51,200 nt of DNA from a virus. Lineage: Duplodnaviria; Caudoviricetes. The stretch is taken from the IMG/VR virus record IMGVR_UViG_3300032278_004255, positions 1-51,200 of that record. One strand, 5' to 3'. The notes under the pieces were generated by a model. The model saw only the letters and a program-made list of their open reading frames with translations. It was not told the origin of the DNA and searched no databases. This document shows, piece by piece, positions 36,810-46,301 of the stretch (its first letter is position 1; each line of letters starts with the position of its first letter). The position numbers were made by a program, and so were the translations under genes.

Positions 36810-37193
36810 ATGACGGCAGTAGGCGGATCGATCGAGTCGCTCGGAATCGACGGGCGCATCTTCCCGGTGGCCTCCGACGCGGAGGCGAACCGAAAGCTCG
36901 GCGGCTTCGAGAACGAGGTCCAGGCGAACGGGGACGGGACGGCGCGGATCATCAAGACGCGCGTCCCGTGGTCGCTGGACGGCGTGGTCGTCGAGGTGGA
37001 CGACGCGCGCGGCGACCAGGAGTTCCTCCAGGAGATCGCCGACGCACGCGACTTCGTGCCGATCTCCATCACCTTCGCGTCCGGGCTCACCTACTCGGGC
37101 CGCGGGACCATCACCGGTGAGATCCAGGCCAGCTCGCAGAACGCGACGGCCGGCATCTCGCTCAGTGGCCCAGCCTCGATGGAGCAGCAGTGA
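36810..37193 (+). CDS. Tail tube protein
   Basis: 127 aa beta-rich ORF after sheath. Confidence 0.8.
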   Translation: MTAVGGSIESLGIDGRIFPVASDAEANRKLGGFENEVQANGDGTARIIKTRVPWSLDGVVVEVDDARGDQEFLQEIADARDFVPISITFASGLTYSGRGTITGEIQASSQNATAGISLSGPASMEQQ

Positions 37194-37645
37194 TCGGCGT
37201 CGCGGAGGGGGACGCCCTCGGCCTCGAGGAGGCGGAGGGTGAGACCGAAGAGCGAGTCGCGGACGAGGTCGCGGAGCACGAGTTCACGCGCTTCGTCGAG
37301 GCGATGGATCTCGACCTCGACCCGGAGCACATGAGCGAGGAGGACCGCGCGGGCTTCGAGCAGCAGAGGCGGTACTTCCTCGGCGCCGTGCAGGAGGGCC
37401 GGCTCACCGTCGACGAGCGTGGCCAGCCTGTGTTCCAGCCCTCGAGCGGCGGCGCGCTGAAGTTCCGCGAGCCGAACGGCGCCGCGCTCATGGAGATGGA
37501 CAAGGGCAAGCGCAACGAGAACCAGCGCAAGCTGCACCTGCTCATGGCGGCCATCACCAAGAGCCCGCCGGCACGGTTCGCGAAGATGCCGAAGCGCGAC
37601 CTGAAGGTCTGCACGGCGATCGTCATTTTTTTGATGCAGGGGTAG
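37190..37645 (+). CDS. Tail assembly chaperone (G-like)
   Basis: Between tube and tape measure; slippery T-run near end. Confidence 0.75.
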   Translation: MIGVAEGDALGLEEAEGETEERVADEVAEHEFTRFVEAMDLDLDPEHMSEEDRAGFEQQRRYFLGAVQEGRLTVDERGQPVFQPSSGGALKFREPNGAALMEMDKGKRNENQRKLHLLMAAITKSPPARFAKMPKRDLKVCTAIVIFLMQG

Positions 37646-37908
37646 CCCGCACGCTCCTCGTCCGGCATGGCGAGGACGAGCGGCTACCCGCCGATCGAGA
37701 GACTGGTCGGGCAACGCATCGGATCTCGGTCGTCTACCGAGAGATGCTCCTGCAGGTCGCTCGCGACTACGCCGGCTTGCCCGACCCCCGCACGCTCACC
37801 CTGAGCGAGATCCGCTTCTTCTACGAGGCCCTCCGCCCCGAGCTCAAGAAGCACTCACGTCCCGGCGCGGGACCCAAGCCCCCGCGTCTCCCCTCACTCC
37901 GCAGGTAG
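37630..37908 (+). CDS. -1 frameshift extension of tail chaperone (GT-like)
   Basis: T TTT TTG at 37627-37633; -1 frame open to TAG 37908: ...EMLLQVARDYAGLPDPRTLTLSEIRFFYEALRPEL. Confidence 0.8.
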   Translation, partial: FDAGVARTLLVRHGEDERLPADRETGRATHRISVVYREMLLQVARDYAGLPDPRTLTLSEIRFFYEALRPELKKHSRPGAGPKPPRLPSLRR

Positions 37909-37910
37909 CC

Positions 37911-39947
37911 GTGGCCACCAGCTTCTCCGTCGACGCCGTCTTCCGCGTGGTCGACCGTATGACGCGCCCCATCCGCCGAATGCAAGGCCGGATGGGGCGT
38001 TTCGTCGGTGAGGTGCGCGGAGGCTTCCGCGACCTCGGCCGGTGGGGCGACCGCATCCGGAGCGTCTACCTCGGCGTCGCGGCCGCCGTGCTTGCGGCCA
38101 CCGCCGCCGTGGCCGCCGGACTGCGGCGCGTGATCGAGACCGGGATGGACTTCGACACCGCGATCACCGCGGCCGCCGCGAAGTTCCCAGGAGAGATCCG
38201 TCGAGGCAGCGAGGCCTTCGCCGAGCTCGAGGAGGCGGCCCAGCGCGTGGGGAGCGCGACCGAGTTCACCGCCACCCAGGCGGCCCAGGCGCTCGATTTC
38301 TTGGCCATGGCGGGGTTCAACTCCGAGCAGGCCATCGCGGCCCTGCCGGGCGTGGTCGACCTCGCCACGGCGTCGCAGATGGAGCTCGCCGAGGCGACCG
38401 ACATCGCGTCAGACACTCTCGGCGCGTTCGGCCTGATGACACGGGACACGGCGCAGCTGGGGACCAACCTCGCACGCGTCAACGACGTGCTCGCGCGCAC
38501 TTCGACCTCGGCCAACACCACGGTCGAGCAGATGTTCGAGGCGATCCGCACGGGTGGCGCCGTCGCGCACTCCTCGGGCGCCTCCATCGAGACGTTCAGC
38601 GCGATGCTGGGCGAGCTCGGCAACGCAGGAGTGAAGGGCGCGGAGGCGGGCACGGCGCTGCGGAACGTCTTCCTGCGCCTTCAGAACCCGGCCGCGGCCG
38701 CTCGCCGGCACATCCGCCGGCTGGGGATTCAGACCGTCGACGAGCAAGGGAACTTCCGAGACATCATCGACATCATGGGCCAGTTCGAACAGCGCCTCTC
38801 GGGAATGGGCACTGCGGAGCGCGGGCGCATCCTCGGAGACGTCTTCGGCGCCCGATCGGTGAACGCGGTCAACATCCTGCTCCAGAGCGGCGCTCAGCGC
38901 CTCAACGACTACCGGACCTCCCTCGAGCAGGCGGAGGGAGCCTCGGCCTCGATGGCGGCGACGATGCGCGACACGGCCGGCGGCGACCTCGCGTCGATGA
39001 ACTCGGCGATCGAGGGCTTCTCCCTCCAGGTCTGGGCTCTCATTCGAGGGCCCGTCCGGGGGGTCATCCAGGCCATCACCGAGTGGGTGCGCGCGAACCA
39101 GGACGTGATCTCGAGCGGCATCGAGGACGTGATCCAGTTCCTCACGGCGAACATGCCGACGATCGAGGTGTGGGCTCGGCGAATCGGGATCGCGGTGGCC
39201 ATCGTCGGCACGCTGCTCCTGCTGACGATGGCGGCGTTCGTCGCGGTGATCGTCGCGGTGCCGGCCCTGATCGTCGGCGTCGTGAGTCTCCTGGTGGCCG
39301 CGTGGGAGTGGATCTCCGAAGCCGCGAGCTCGGCGGCTGCGTGGATCGGCGAGGCCTTCGGAGGGGTCTGGGACTCGATTCGAGACTTCGGGATCGCCGT
39401 GCTCGAGTTCGTCGTCGGCTTCTTCGTGCTCCTGCGACGGCAGGCCACGACGCTGCTCCGGCCGGTGATCGACTGGATGGCGGGCGCGGCGGCCTGGATC
39501 GCCGAGCGCTGGCGTCCGATCGGCGCGTTCTTCGGCGCCCTCTGGGCCGGGATCACGACGGCGTTCTCAGGGGCTTGGGACGGGCTGATGAAGCAGGCGG
39601 TGGCCATGTACAGCCGATTCCTCGCCATCTGGCGGCCTCTCCGAGCCTTCTTCGCCAGCCTCTGGAGCGGGGTCGCCCAGCTGTTCGACAGCACCCTCGG
39701 CGGCATCCTCGACCACATCGGCGGGGTGGTCGAGAACGTGCGCGGCGTCGGCCGATCGGAGCTCGACGGTGACGCTCCGCCGCCGTCGGTGGTCAGCCCC
39801 GAGGCGCGCGTCGCGCGCTCCATCTCGGAGAGCACCAGCACCGAGAGGGCCGAGATCACCGTCCGCGCCGGCGACGGTGCTTCGGCCGAGGTGACGCGCC
39901 GCCCGCGAGGCAACACGCTCCTCGTTCCCGCTTCGGGTGCGACGTGA
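37911..39947 (+). CDS. Tape measure protein (TP901 core)
   Basis: TEFTATQAAQALDFLAMAG, GVKGAEAGTALRN; Trp/Phe-periodic repeats. Confidence 0.93.
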   Translation: MATSFSVDAVFRVVDRMTRPIRRMQGRMGRFVGEVRGGFRDLGRWGDRIRSVYLGVAAAVLAATAAVAAGLRRVIETGMDFDTAITAAAAKFPGEIRRGSEAFAELEEAAQRVGSATEFTATQAAQALDFLAMAGFNSEQAIAALPGVVDLATASQMELAEATDIASDTLGAFGLMTRDTAQLGTNLARVNDVLARTSTSANTTVEQMFEAIRTGGAVAHSSGASIETFSAMLGELGNAGVKGAEAGTALRNVFLRLQNPAAAARRHIRRLGIQTVDEQGNFRDIIDIMGQFEQRLSGMGTAERGRILGDVFGARSVNAVNILLQSGAQRLNDYRTSLEQAEGASASMAATMRDTAGGDLASMNSAIEGFSLQVWALIRGPVRGVIQAITEWVRANQDVISSGIEDVIQFLTANMPTIEVWARRIGIAVAIVGTLLLLTMAAFVAVIVAVPALIVGVVSLLVAAWEWISEAASSAAAWIGEAFGGVWDSIRDFGIAVLEFVVGFFVLLRRQATTLLRPVIDWMAGAAAWIAERWRPIGAFFGALWAGITTAFSGAWDGLMKQAVAMYSRFLAIWRPLRAFFASLWSGVAQLFDSTLGGILDHIGGVVENVRGVGRSELDGDAPPPSVVSPEARVARSISESTSTERAEITVRAGDGASAEVTRRPRGNTLLVPASGAT

Positions 39948-41233
39948 GCTGGGAGGACCGGATCCGGGAGGCGGCCTACACGTCTCCGAGCGGAACCCGC
40001 CGCGTCTTCGCCTTCGAGGCCGTCTCCGCCGAGGTCGAGCTCCGAGCGAAGGCCTTTGAGTTCCCCGGGGTCAACGCCACCTACGTCCAAGGCAACGGCC
40101 ACGGGGGGAAGCGCTTCCCGCTGAGGTGCTTCTTCGCTGGCGACGAACACGACCTCGAGGCGGAGGCGTTCGTCGAGGGGCTGCTCGAGCGCGGGGTAGG
40201 GCGGCTCGAGCACCCCTTCTACGGCATCCACGACGTGGTGCCCCTGGGGACGATCACGCGCCGAGACGACCTGAAGGACGCGGCGAACCAGACCGTGATC
40301 GAGGTGACGCTCGCCGTCTCGCTCACCCAGGTCTATCCGACCCTCCGCCCCAGTCGCTCGGCGGAGGTGTCGGCGTCGCTGCGAGCCCTCGACGAGGCCA
40401 GCAGCCAGCAGTTCCAGGACGCGCTGGACCTGAGCACCGCCGCCGCGCGCGCGAGCCAGGAGAGCGCCGTCCGCGCCTCGCTCGCCGCTGCGAGCTCCAC
40501 GCTCGCCGACATCGCGGCCGGCGTCGACGACGTGCGCGACGCGTTCCGAGACGCCCAGGACGCCGTGAACCTCGGCCTCGACGTGCTAATCGGACAGCCG
40601 CTGCAGCTCGCGCAGAGCATCGCCAACCTCGTCCGTGCTCCGGCGCGGTCGGACGTGGCGATCCGTTCCCGGCTCGAGGGATACGGAGACTTCCTCGAGC
40701 GCATCGTCACCGCGCCCTCCGCGCGCCCGGGCGACGCCTTCCTCAGCGGCGTGGTCCTTCCGGGGCGGCGCCGGGTGGTCTCCAACGACTTTCACACCGC
40801 CGTCGTCTTCGCTGTGCAAGGGGTCGCTGGGAGCGTCGAGAGCGTTCTGAATCACCGCTTCCCGGACCGACCCGCCGCCCTGGCAGCGGCGGAGACTCTT
40901 CTCGCGCAGCTCGACCGAGTGGTGCCGTGGATGGAGGAGGGGTTCGGCGAGCTCGCGGAGGCCGGCGCGCCCGCAAGCGTCGACACGGGCGGCACCTACC
41001 AGGCGCTGCAGGAGGCCGTCGCCGTGGCCGCGGGCTTCCTCGTCGACATCTCGTTCACCCTGCTTCCGCAGAGGCGGGTGGTGCTCGACCGACCCCGCAC
41101 GATCATCGACCTCGCGGCCGAGTTCTACGGAGAGGTCGACGCTCGGCTGGACTTCATCCTGCAGACCAACGACCTGAGCGGGGCCGAGATCCTTGAGCTC
41201 CCGCGCGGGCGGGAGTTCGTCTTCTATGCCTGA
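39944..41233 (+). CDS. Mu gpN-like DNA circularisation/baseplate protein
   Basis: SWEDRIREAAY, FEFPG, GRLEHPFYG, C-terminal LysM-like LAAEFYG. Confidence 0.85.
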   Translation: MSWEDRIREAAYTSPSGTRRVFAFEAVSAEVELRAKAFEFPGVNATYVQGNGHGGKRFPLRCFFAGDEHDLEAEAFVEGLLERGVGRLEHPFYGIHDVVPLGTITRRDDLKDAANQTVIEVTLAVSLTQVYPTLRPSRSAEVSASLRALDEASSQQFQDALDLSTAAARASQESAVRASLAAASSTLADIAAGVDDVRDAFRDAQDAVNLGLDVLIGQPLQLAQSIANLVRAPARSDVAIRSRLEGYGDFLERIVTAPSARPGDAFLSGVVLPGRRRVVSNDFHTAVVFAVQGVAGSVESVLNHRFPDRPAALAAAETLLAQLDRVVPWMEEGFGELAEAGAPASVDTGGTYQALQEAVAVAAGFLVDISFTLLPQRRVVLDRPRTIIDLAAEFYGEVDARLDFILQTNDLSGAEILELPRGREFVFYA

Positions 41234-42269
41234 GCGCCTCGAAGAGGTCGCGCTGCGGATCGCCGCTCAGCGCTGGCTGGCCTGGGAGGACTTCGAGCTC
41301 AGCGTCTCCATCGACCGTCCCGCGACCGTGGGATTCGTGTCGCCGTTCGAGCCCGATCGCCCGGGGTTTCGGGAGGCCTTCGCCCCGCTCGCGTTCACAC
41401 CGATCTCCGTCGAGATCGGGGAAGAGGTGGTGTTCAACGGTACGCTCGTGGACATCACGCCGAAGCGCACCCCAGACGAGCGAACGGTGGAGGTGGCAGG
41501 CTACTCGTTCCCCGCGGTCCTCGGTGACTGCGCGCCGCCCGCGAGCGCCTTCCCGCTCGAGCTCAACGGCTTGAAGCTGAGCAGGATCGCCGAGACGCTC
41601 GTCGCCCCGTTCGGGCTGGACGTGGTGATGGACGCCGACGAGGGCGCTGCGTTCCGACGAGTCGCAGCGAAGCCGGACCAGGCGATCTTCAGCTTCCTCA
41701 TGGAGCTCGCGCAGCAGAGAGGGCTGGTGATCGGCGACACGCCTGCCGGGGCCCTGCGCTTCCTGCGGTCGGCGCCGGGCGGCTCACCAGTCGCTGCGTT
41801 CCGCGAGGGCCAGCCCCCGTTGCTCAGCGTCGAGCCGCGGTTCTCGCCGCAGCAGTACTACAGCGAGGTGACGGCGATCGCGAAGACGCGCGCGGGCCGG
41901 ACGGGCCAGAGCTACACGGTCTCGAACCCGTTCCTCGCCAACGAGGTCCGCCCACACACCTTCGTGCTGGGCGACACCGACGACCCGGACCTTCCGACCG
42001 CCGCGCGAGCGAAGCTTGGCCGGATGCTCGGCAACGCGCTCGCCGTCACGCTCGAGCTGCCGACCTGGCGCAACCCGGGCGGCGCGCTGTGGTGGCCGAA
42101 TCAGACGATCCTGCTCGAGGCACCCGGGGCGATGATCTACCGCGAGACCGAGTTCCTGATCCGTGACGTGTCCCTCCGCCAGACCGCGGAGGCGCAGATC
42201 GCCAAGATAGAGGTCGTGCTCCCGGGCGCGTTCTCTGGCGAGGTGCCGGAGTTTCTCCCATGGGTCTGA
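41226..42269 (+). CDS. Mu gpP-like baseplate hub
   Basis: WEDFELSVSID, ELAQQRGL, WRNPGGALWWPN. Confidence 0.85.
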   Translation: MPERLEEVALRIAAQRWLAWEDFELSVSIDRPATVGFVSPFEPDRPGFREAFAPLAFTPISVEIGEEVVFNGTLVDITPKRTPDERTVEVAGYSFPAVLGDCAPPASAFPLELNGLKLSRIAETLVAPFGLDVVMDADEGAAFRRVAAKPDQAIFSFLMELAQQRGLVIGDTPAGALRFLRSAPGGSPVAAFREGQPPLLSVEPRFSPQQYYSEVTAIAKTRAGRTGQSYTVSNPFLANEVRPHTFVLGDTDDPDLPTAARAKLGRMLGNALAVTLELPTWRNPGGALWWPNQTILLEAPGAMIYRETEFLIRDVSLRQTAEAQIAKIEVVLPGAFSGEVPEFLPWV

Positions 42270-42784
42270 TCTCGCAGCTCCTCTCGTTCACACGGTCGCG
42301 CGTCGACGACGCGCACGTCTCCGACGCGAAGATCGACCCGGGCGGCGGCGCGAACGTCACCGCGCACCACTTCGGACCCCCGGGCGACGACTCGGTCCCG
42401 CTGCCCGGTGACTTCGTGGCGACCTCGCCATCGACCGGAACCGGGACCGAGCAGGTCACCGGGTACATCGACCCAGCCAACGAGCCCGAGGCAGAGGCCG
42501 GAGAGAAGCGGCTCTACTCGAGAGACGGCGACGGCGCCGTCGTCGCGGTCGTGTGGCTGAAGAACGACGGCTCGGTGGTCATCGAGAACGGCGCGGGAGC
42601 GGTCGAGCTCGAGGCTGGGGGCAACGTCACGATCAACGGGGTGACGATCGACACCGACGGCAACGTCACTGCGCCGGGCGAGGTGTCGGCCAGGAGTGCA
42701 TCGCCGGCGACGCGGGTCGCGCTGTCGACCCACCTCCACCCAACCGCCATGGGGCCCAGCGACGCCCCCACACCGGGCACCTGA
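42260..42784 (+). CDS. Baseplate spike (Mu gp45/gpV-like)
   Basis: GEKRLYS, beta-helix repeats, terminal THLH metal-binding motif. Confidence 0.8.
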   Translation: MGLISQLLSFTRSRVDDAHVSDAKIDPGGGANVTAHHFGPPGDDSVPLPGDFVATSPSTGTGTEQVTGYIDPANEPEAEAGEKRLYSRDGDGAVVAVVWLKNDGSVVIENGAGAVELEAGGNVTINGVTIDTDGNVTAPGEVSARSASPATRVALSTHLHPTAMGPSDAPTPGT

Positions 42785-43221
42785 TGCCGCTCGATCTCCC
42801 GGCCTTGACCTCGGGGCTCAACGACGTTGCCTCGTCCCCGCCCCCGACGGCGGCGGGGTGCGCGGCATCCTGGGCGAGCGCTGCGCGCGACCACGCGCTT
42901 GGGGTCGCCCCCGCTTCGTCGACCGTCGCCGCGGCCGCAGCCGCGCTCGCGGCGTCGCTCGCGGCTGCGTTCGACAGCGACGACGCTGCGCCCGGCATGG
43001 AGACCGCCTTCGCCGCCTTCGCCGCGACGATCGGCGGCGGCATGGCCGGCTTCGTGCCGACTCCGCCTCCCGGCCCGGTCGGGTTCGCGGCGCAGTTCTC
43101 GGGTCCGAAGCCTGCGACCCACGCGGCCGCGGCCGGCGCCGTCGCGACGCTGATCGACACCTGGATGCGGACCGGGACGGCGACGCCTTCGGGCGGCGGC
43201 GCCCCCGTCGCGTGGAGCTGA
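42784..43221 (+). CDS. Ala-rich hypothetical baseplate-associated protein
   Basis: TGATG coupling to spike gene; ends VAWS. Confidence 0.6.
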   Translation: MPLDLPALTSGLNDVASSPPPTAAGCAASWASAARDHALGVAPASSTVAAAAAALAASLAAAFDSDDAAPGMETAFAAFAATIGGGMAGFVPTPPPGPVGFAAQFSGPKPATHAAAAGAVATLIDTWMRTGTATPSGGGAPVAWS

Positions 43222-43223
43222 GC

Positions 43224-43652
43224 GTGACCGACGTCCTGATGCAGCACACCGCCGATGGCGGCGAGATCACGGTCGAGGGGGGGCGTGTCAGGCTCGACGA
43301 TGGCGTCCGGACGGCCGTCTACCTCTCGATGTTCGGCGGCAACGAGCGCGATGCCGGGACGGGTGCCACCGAGAGCGAGCAGTGGTGGGGGAACCTCCTC
43401 GAGGATCAGCCCGCCCGCCGACTCCGGAGCGAGACGCAGCATCTCCTCCGGGCGCTTCCTGCGATCACCGCCAACGTGCGCAGGGTGGAGGACGCCGCCC
43501 GGCGTGACTTGTCCTGGCTCGAGGAGATCGGCGCGACGGTCTCCGCGACGGCGACGCTGCCGGCGGTCCGACGCATCCGGATCGCAGTCGTCGTCGAGAT
43601 CGACGGCGAGAGAACCGAGCTGCGCTTCGAGGAGGAGTGGGCACCAGTATGA
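43224..43652 (+). CDS. Mu gp46-like baseplate protein
   Basis: TAVYLSMFGG, WWGN, AARRDLSWL. Confidence 0.85.
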   Translation: MTDVLMQHTADGGEITVEGGRVRLDDGVRTAVYLSMFGGNERDAGTGATESEQWWGNLLEDQPARRLRSETQHLLRALPAITANVRRVEDAARRDLSWLEEIGATVSATATLPAVRRIRIAVVVEIDGERTELRFEEEWAPV

Positions 43653-44845
43653 GCCTCGAAACACCCACCACCGGCGAGATCGCCGACAACATCCTCGCGC
43701 AGATCGAGGCGAAGTTCGGCCAGAGCGTCCCGCTGCTCGCCAAGGCTTTCCTTCGGGTACTGCCGCGCGCGCTCGCGGGCGTGTTCACCCTGCTCTACAA
43801 GTACTCCGGGTTCATCTTCCTCCAGCTCTTCGTCTCCACCGCGTCCACGCGAGAGACGGTCGTCAACGGCCAGACCCTAATCCCGCTGGTGGAGTGGGGA
43901 CGCCTGTTCGGCGTGGGCGATCCAGAGCCCGCCACGCGCGCCGAGCTCCTCGTCGTCGTCACTGTCGAGGTTCAGTCCGGCGTCCTGGCGGCCGGGTCTC
44001 AGCTCCTCTTCCCTTCGACCGGCGTCGTCTACGTCACCACGGCGTCCGTCGCGCTCGACGCACCGACGAAGACGGTGACGATCCGCGCGGTCTCGGACCA
44101 GGCGGGCGGCGGCGGCGCCGGGGCGATCGGCAACCTCCAGGCCGGTGACGTGCTGAGCTTTGCCAGCCCGCTCGCGAACGTGGCTCGAGACGCCGTGGTG
44201 GACTCTCAGGTGGTCACGGGAGCGGACGGTGAGTCGTGGGACGCCTACCGCGGCCGCGTGCTCCGGAAGGCCGGGCGGCGCCCTCAGGGCGGCGCCTACT
44301 CCGACTACCGAGACTGGGGTGAGGAGGGCGCCGGGATCCTCAACGTGTACCCCTACACGAGCGCGAGCCCCGGGCAGGTCGACGTCTACGTGGAGGCCAC
44401 GGCAGCGAGCTCGGGGAGTCCCGATGGGATCCCCACGGCGGCGCAGCTGGCCGAGGTGTCCAACCTCATCAACCTCGAGGTCGACGGCCTCGCCAGCCGA
44501 AGGCCGGTGAACGCGGCTGTGAACGTGCTGCCGATCACGCGGAGCCCGTTCGACCTCGAGGTGGGTGGCCTTGCGGCCGACGATGTGCCCGCCGCGCAAG
44601 CGGCGATCGAGGCGGCGGTGGACGAGTACCTGCGTTCGCGAGCTCCGTTCATCGCCGGCCTCTCGGTACTTCCGCGCAGGAACCGGATCACTCAGGCCGC
44701 CCTCTCGGGCGTCGTTGATGAGACGGCGAGCGCGCTCGGCGGAAGCATCACCACGGTCGCGCTCTTGGAGGTCGGCGCTCCGCTCGTGGCGCGAGACCTG
44801 GGACAGGGCGAGACGGCGAAGCTCGGCTCCATCAGCTGGGTGTAG
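43649..44845 (+). CDS. Baseplate J / Mu gp47-like wedge protein
   Basis: GADGESWDAYRGR...PQGGAYSDYRDW...PGQVDVY. Confidence 0.9.
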   Translation: MSLETPTTGEIADNILAQIEAKFGQSVPLLAKAFLRVLPRALAGVFTLLYKYSGFIFLQLFVSTASTRETVVNGQTLIPLVEWGRLFGVGDPEPATRAELLVVVTVEVQSGVLAAGSQLLFPSTGVVYVTTASVALDAPTKTVTIRAVSDQAGGGGAGAIGNLQAGDVLSFASPLANVARDAVVDSQVVTGADGESWDAYRGRVLRKAGRRPQGGAYSDYRDWGEEGAGILNVYPYTSASPGQVDVYVEATAASSGSPDGIPTAAQLAEVSNLINLEVDGLASRRPVNAAVNVLPITRSPFDLEVGGLAADDVPAAQAAIEAAVDEYLRSRAPFIAGLSVLPRRNRITQAALSGVVDETASALGGSITTVALLEVGAPLVARDLGQGETAKLGSISWV

Positions 44846-44853
44846 GAGACAAG

Positions 44854-45642
44854 ATGGCAATCTCACCGCAGGCTGAATATGCCGGGCAGATCGACACGGG
44901 CGATCCGGCCTACCCTCACGGGAAGGCGCGCAACGTGACCACCCCTGGCGACGGTACGGGCACCCCGTTCGAGGAGCGCTGGGTGAACGACCTCTACGGG
45001 TTTCAGCAGGCTCTCTTGGCAGAGGTCGGAGCGGTACCGTCCGGAAACCCGGACGAGGTCGGAGCGTCTCAGTACCTCGACGCGGTGAGGCTGGTCGGCG
45101 GGAGTCATCGGTTCGACGCGAATGGCGAGGTCGAGCTCGTGGACGCGGCCGGCAACCCGGTCACCCTCTCAGGGATCGTGTACGTCGGCGCCAACGGCCT
45201 CATGGTCGACGGCCCGACGACAGAGGTGATCAAGTCCCGGGGCGGCGTCACCCTCGCGGCCGCCAACAAGCTGGCGTGGTGGGACCTCACGCCGCGCCTT
45301 TCGCGGAACTGGACGATCGTCCGCGCCCGTGTCCTGGTGGAGCCGGGAGGAGCGCGCGGCGCGGGCAATCGGGTAGATGCCGTGCTCCAGCACGACGGCT
45401 ACGGCGTCTCCTTTGCCAAGCCGATCTCGGTGACGCAGACAGTCGACGCGTCCGCGAGCGACGACGGCACGGCTGACCGACAGTGGATCACCCTGGCCCC
45501 CGCCGCGCCCGTGGCGGTTGGCGCGGGGGCCATCTGGACGCTCGAGGTGCAGTCGAGCCCATTGGTCACCGGGGCGGGGGACGCGGACACGATTCGCGCC
45601 GCGGTCATCGAGTTCACGACCGGGAAGCTGACGAACATCTAG
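44854..45642 (+). CDS. Tail fibre-like protein
   Basis: GTPFEERWVND...PDEVGASQYLDAV fibre-attachment N-terminus. Confidence 0.7.
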   Translation: MAISPQAEYAGQIDTGDPAYPHGKARNVTTPGDGTGTPFEERWVNDLYGFQQALLAEVGAVPSGNPDEVGASQYLDAVRLVGGSHRFDANGEVELVDAAGNPVTLSGIVYVGANGLMVDGPTTEVIKSRGGVTLAAANKLAWWDLTPRLSRNWTIVRARVLVEPGGARGAGNRVDAVLQHDGYGVSFAKPISVTQTVDASASDDGTADRQWITLAPAAPVAVGAGAIWTLEVQSSPLVTGAGDADTIRAAVIEFTTGKLTNI

Positions 45643-46268
45643 CGGCAGTGCTGGAACCGCATCTCGACGTTGCAGGCGATCGGGTTCCTGAACTCGTGGA
45701 CTTCGCCGCAGGTAGGGATCGGCTCGAACTCCCGGCATTCCCCTGGGGCGGGGTCGACGCAGTAGAGGAACCACCCTCCGCCCGTACCGTCGGGCGCCGA
45801 GGGCGAACAGGTCGCACGGACGGGGTACTGGAGCTCCTCCACGCCGTCGCAGTTCCAGTCGAAGCTACCGTCTCCCCGGTCCACCGTGCGCCAGCCGGGT
45901 GCGTCTGGGTACACGTCTCGGCTGAGGTCGTAGCAGTCCCCGGCGACGTCGACGAAGCCGTCCGGAAGGAAGCCGCGGCAGAAGTAGGGGCGCGTCACCT
46001 CGGGATCGCCGTAGCCATCGCGATCCATGTCTCGGTACGCGATGCAGTCGGGCCCGCCGTCGAGGCCCGAGTCGGTTCCGGCGTCGAGGCCTGAGTCTCG
46101 GGCGAGCTCGCCAGCGTCCTGGCCGCCGTCTTCATCGACCCCCGCGTCCCCGGCGGCGGCGTCGGACGCGCTCGAAGCGTCCTCGTCGGCGCCGGCGTCC
46201 ACCGGCGGCGCCCCGTCGCACGCGACGACGCTCGTCGCGAGGACCAGAGCCCAGATCCAGCGCTCCAT
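45639..46268 (-). CDS. Lipoprotein with putative metal-binding (MopE-like) motif; moron
   Basis: Lipobox VVA|C, DAG repeats, YRDMDRDGYGD...GDCYD...VYPDA...FDWNCDG. Confidence 0.8.
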   Translation of the reverse strand: MERWIWALVLATSVVACDGAPPVDAGADEDASSASDAAAGDAGVDEDGGQDAGELARDSGLDAGTDSGLDGGPDCIAYRDMDRDGYGDPEVTRPYFCRGFLPDGFVDVAGDCYDLSRDVYPDAPGWRTVDRGDGSFDWNCDGVEELQYPVRATCSPSAPDGTGGGWFLYCVDPAPGECREFEPIPTCGEVHEFRNPIACNVEMRFQHCR

Positions 46269-46301
46269 CAGAACCCCCTTCGTCGCCACGGTAGCCACGG
46301 A

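Noticed and set aside
39180-39740. Hydrophobic Trp/Phe periodic repeats
   Set aside because: Normal feature of tape measure proteins
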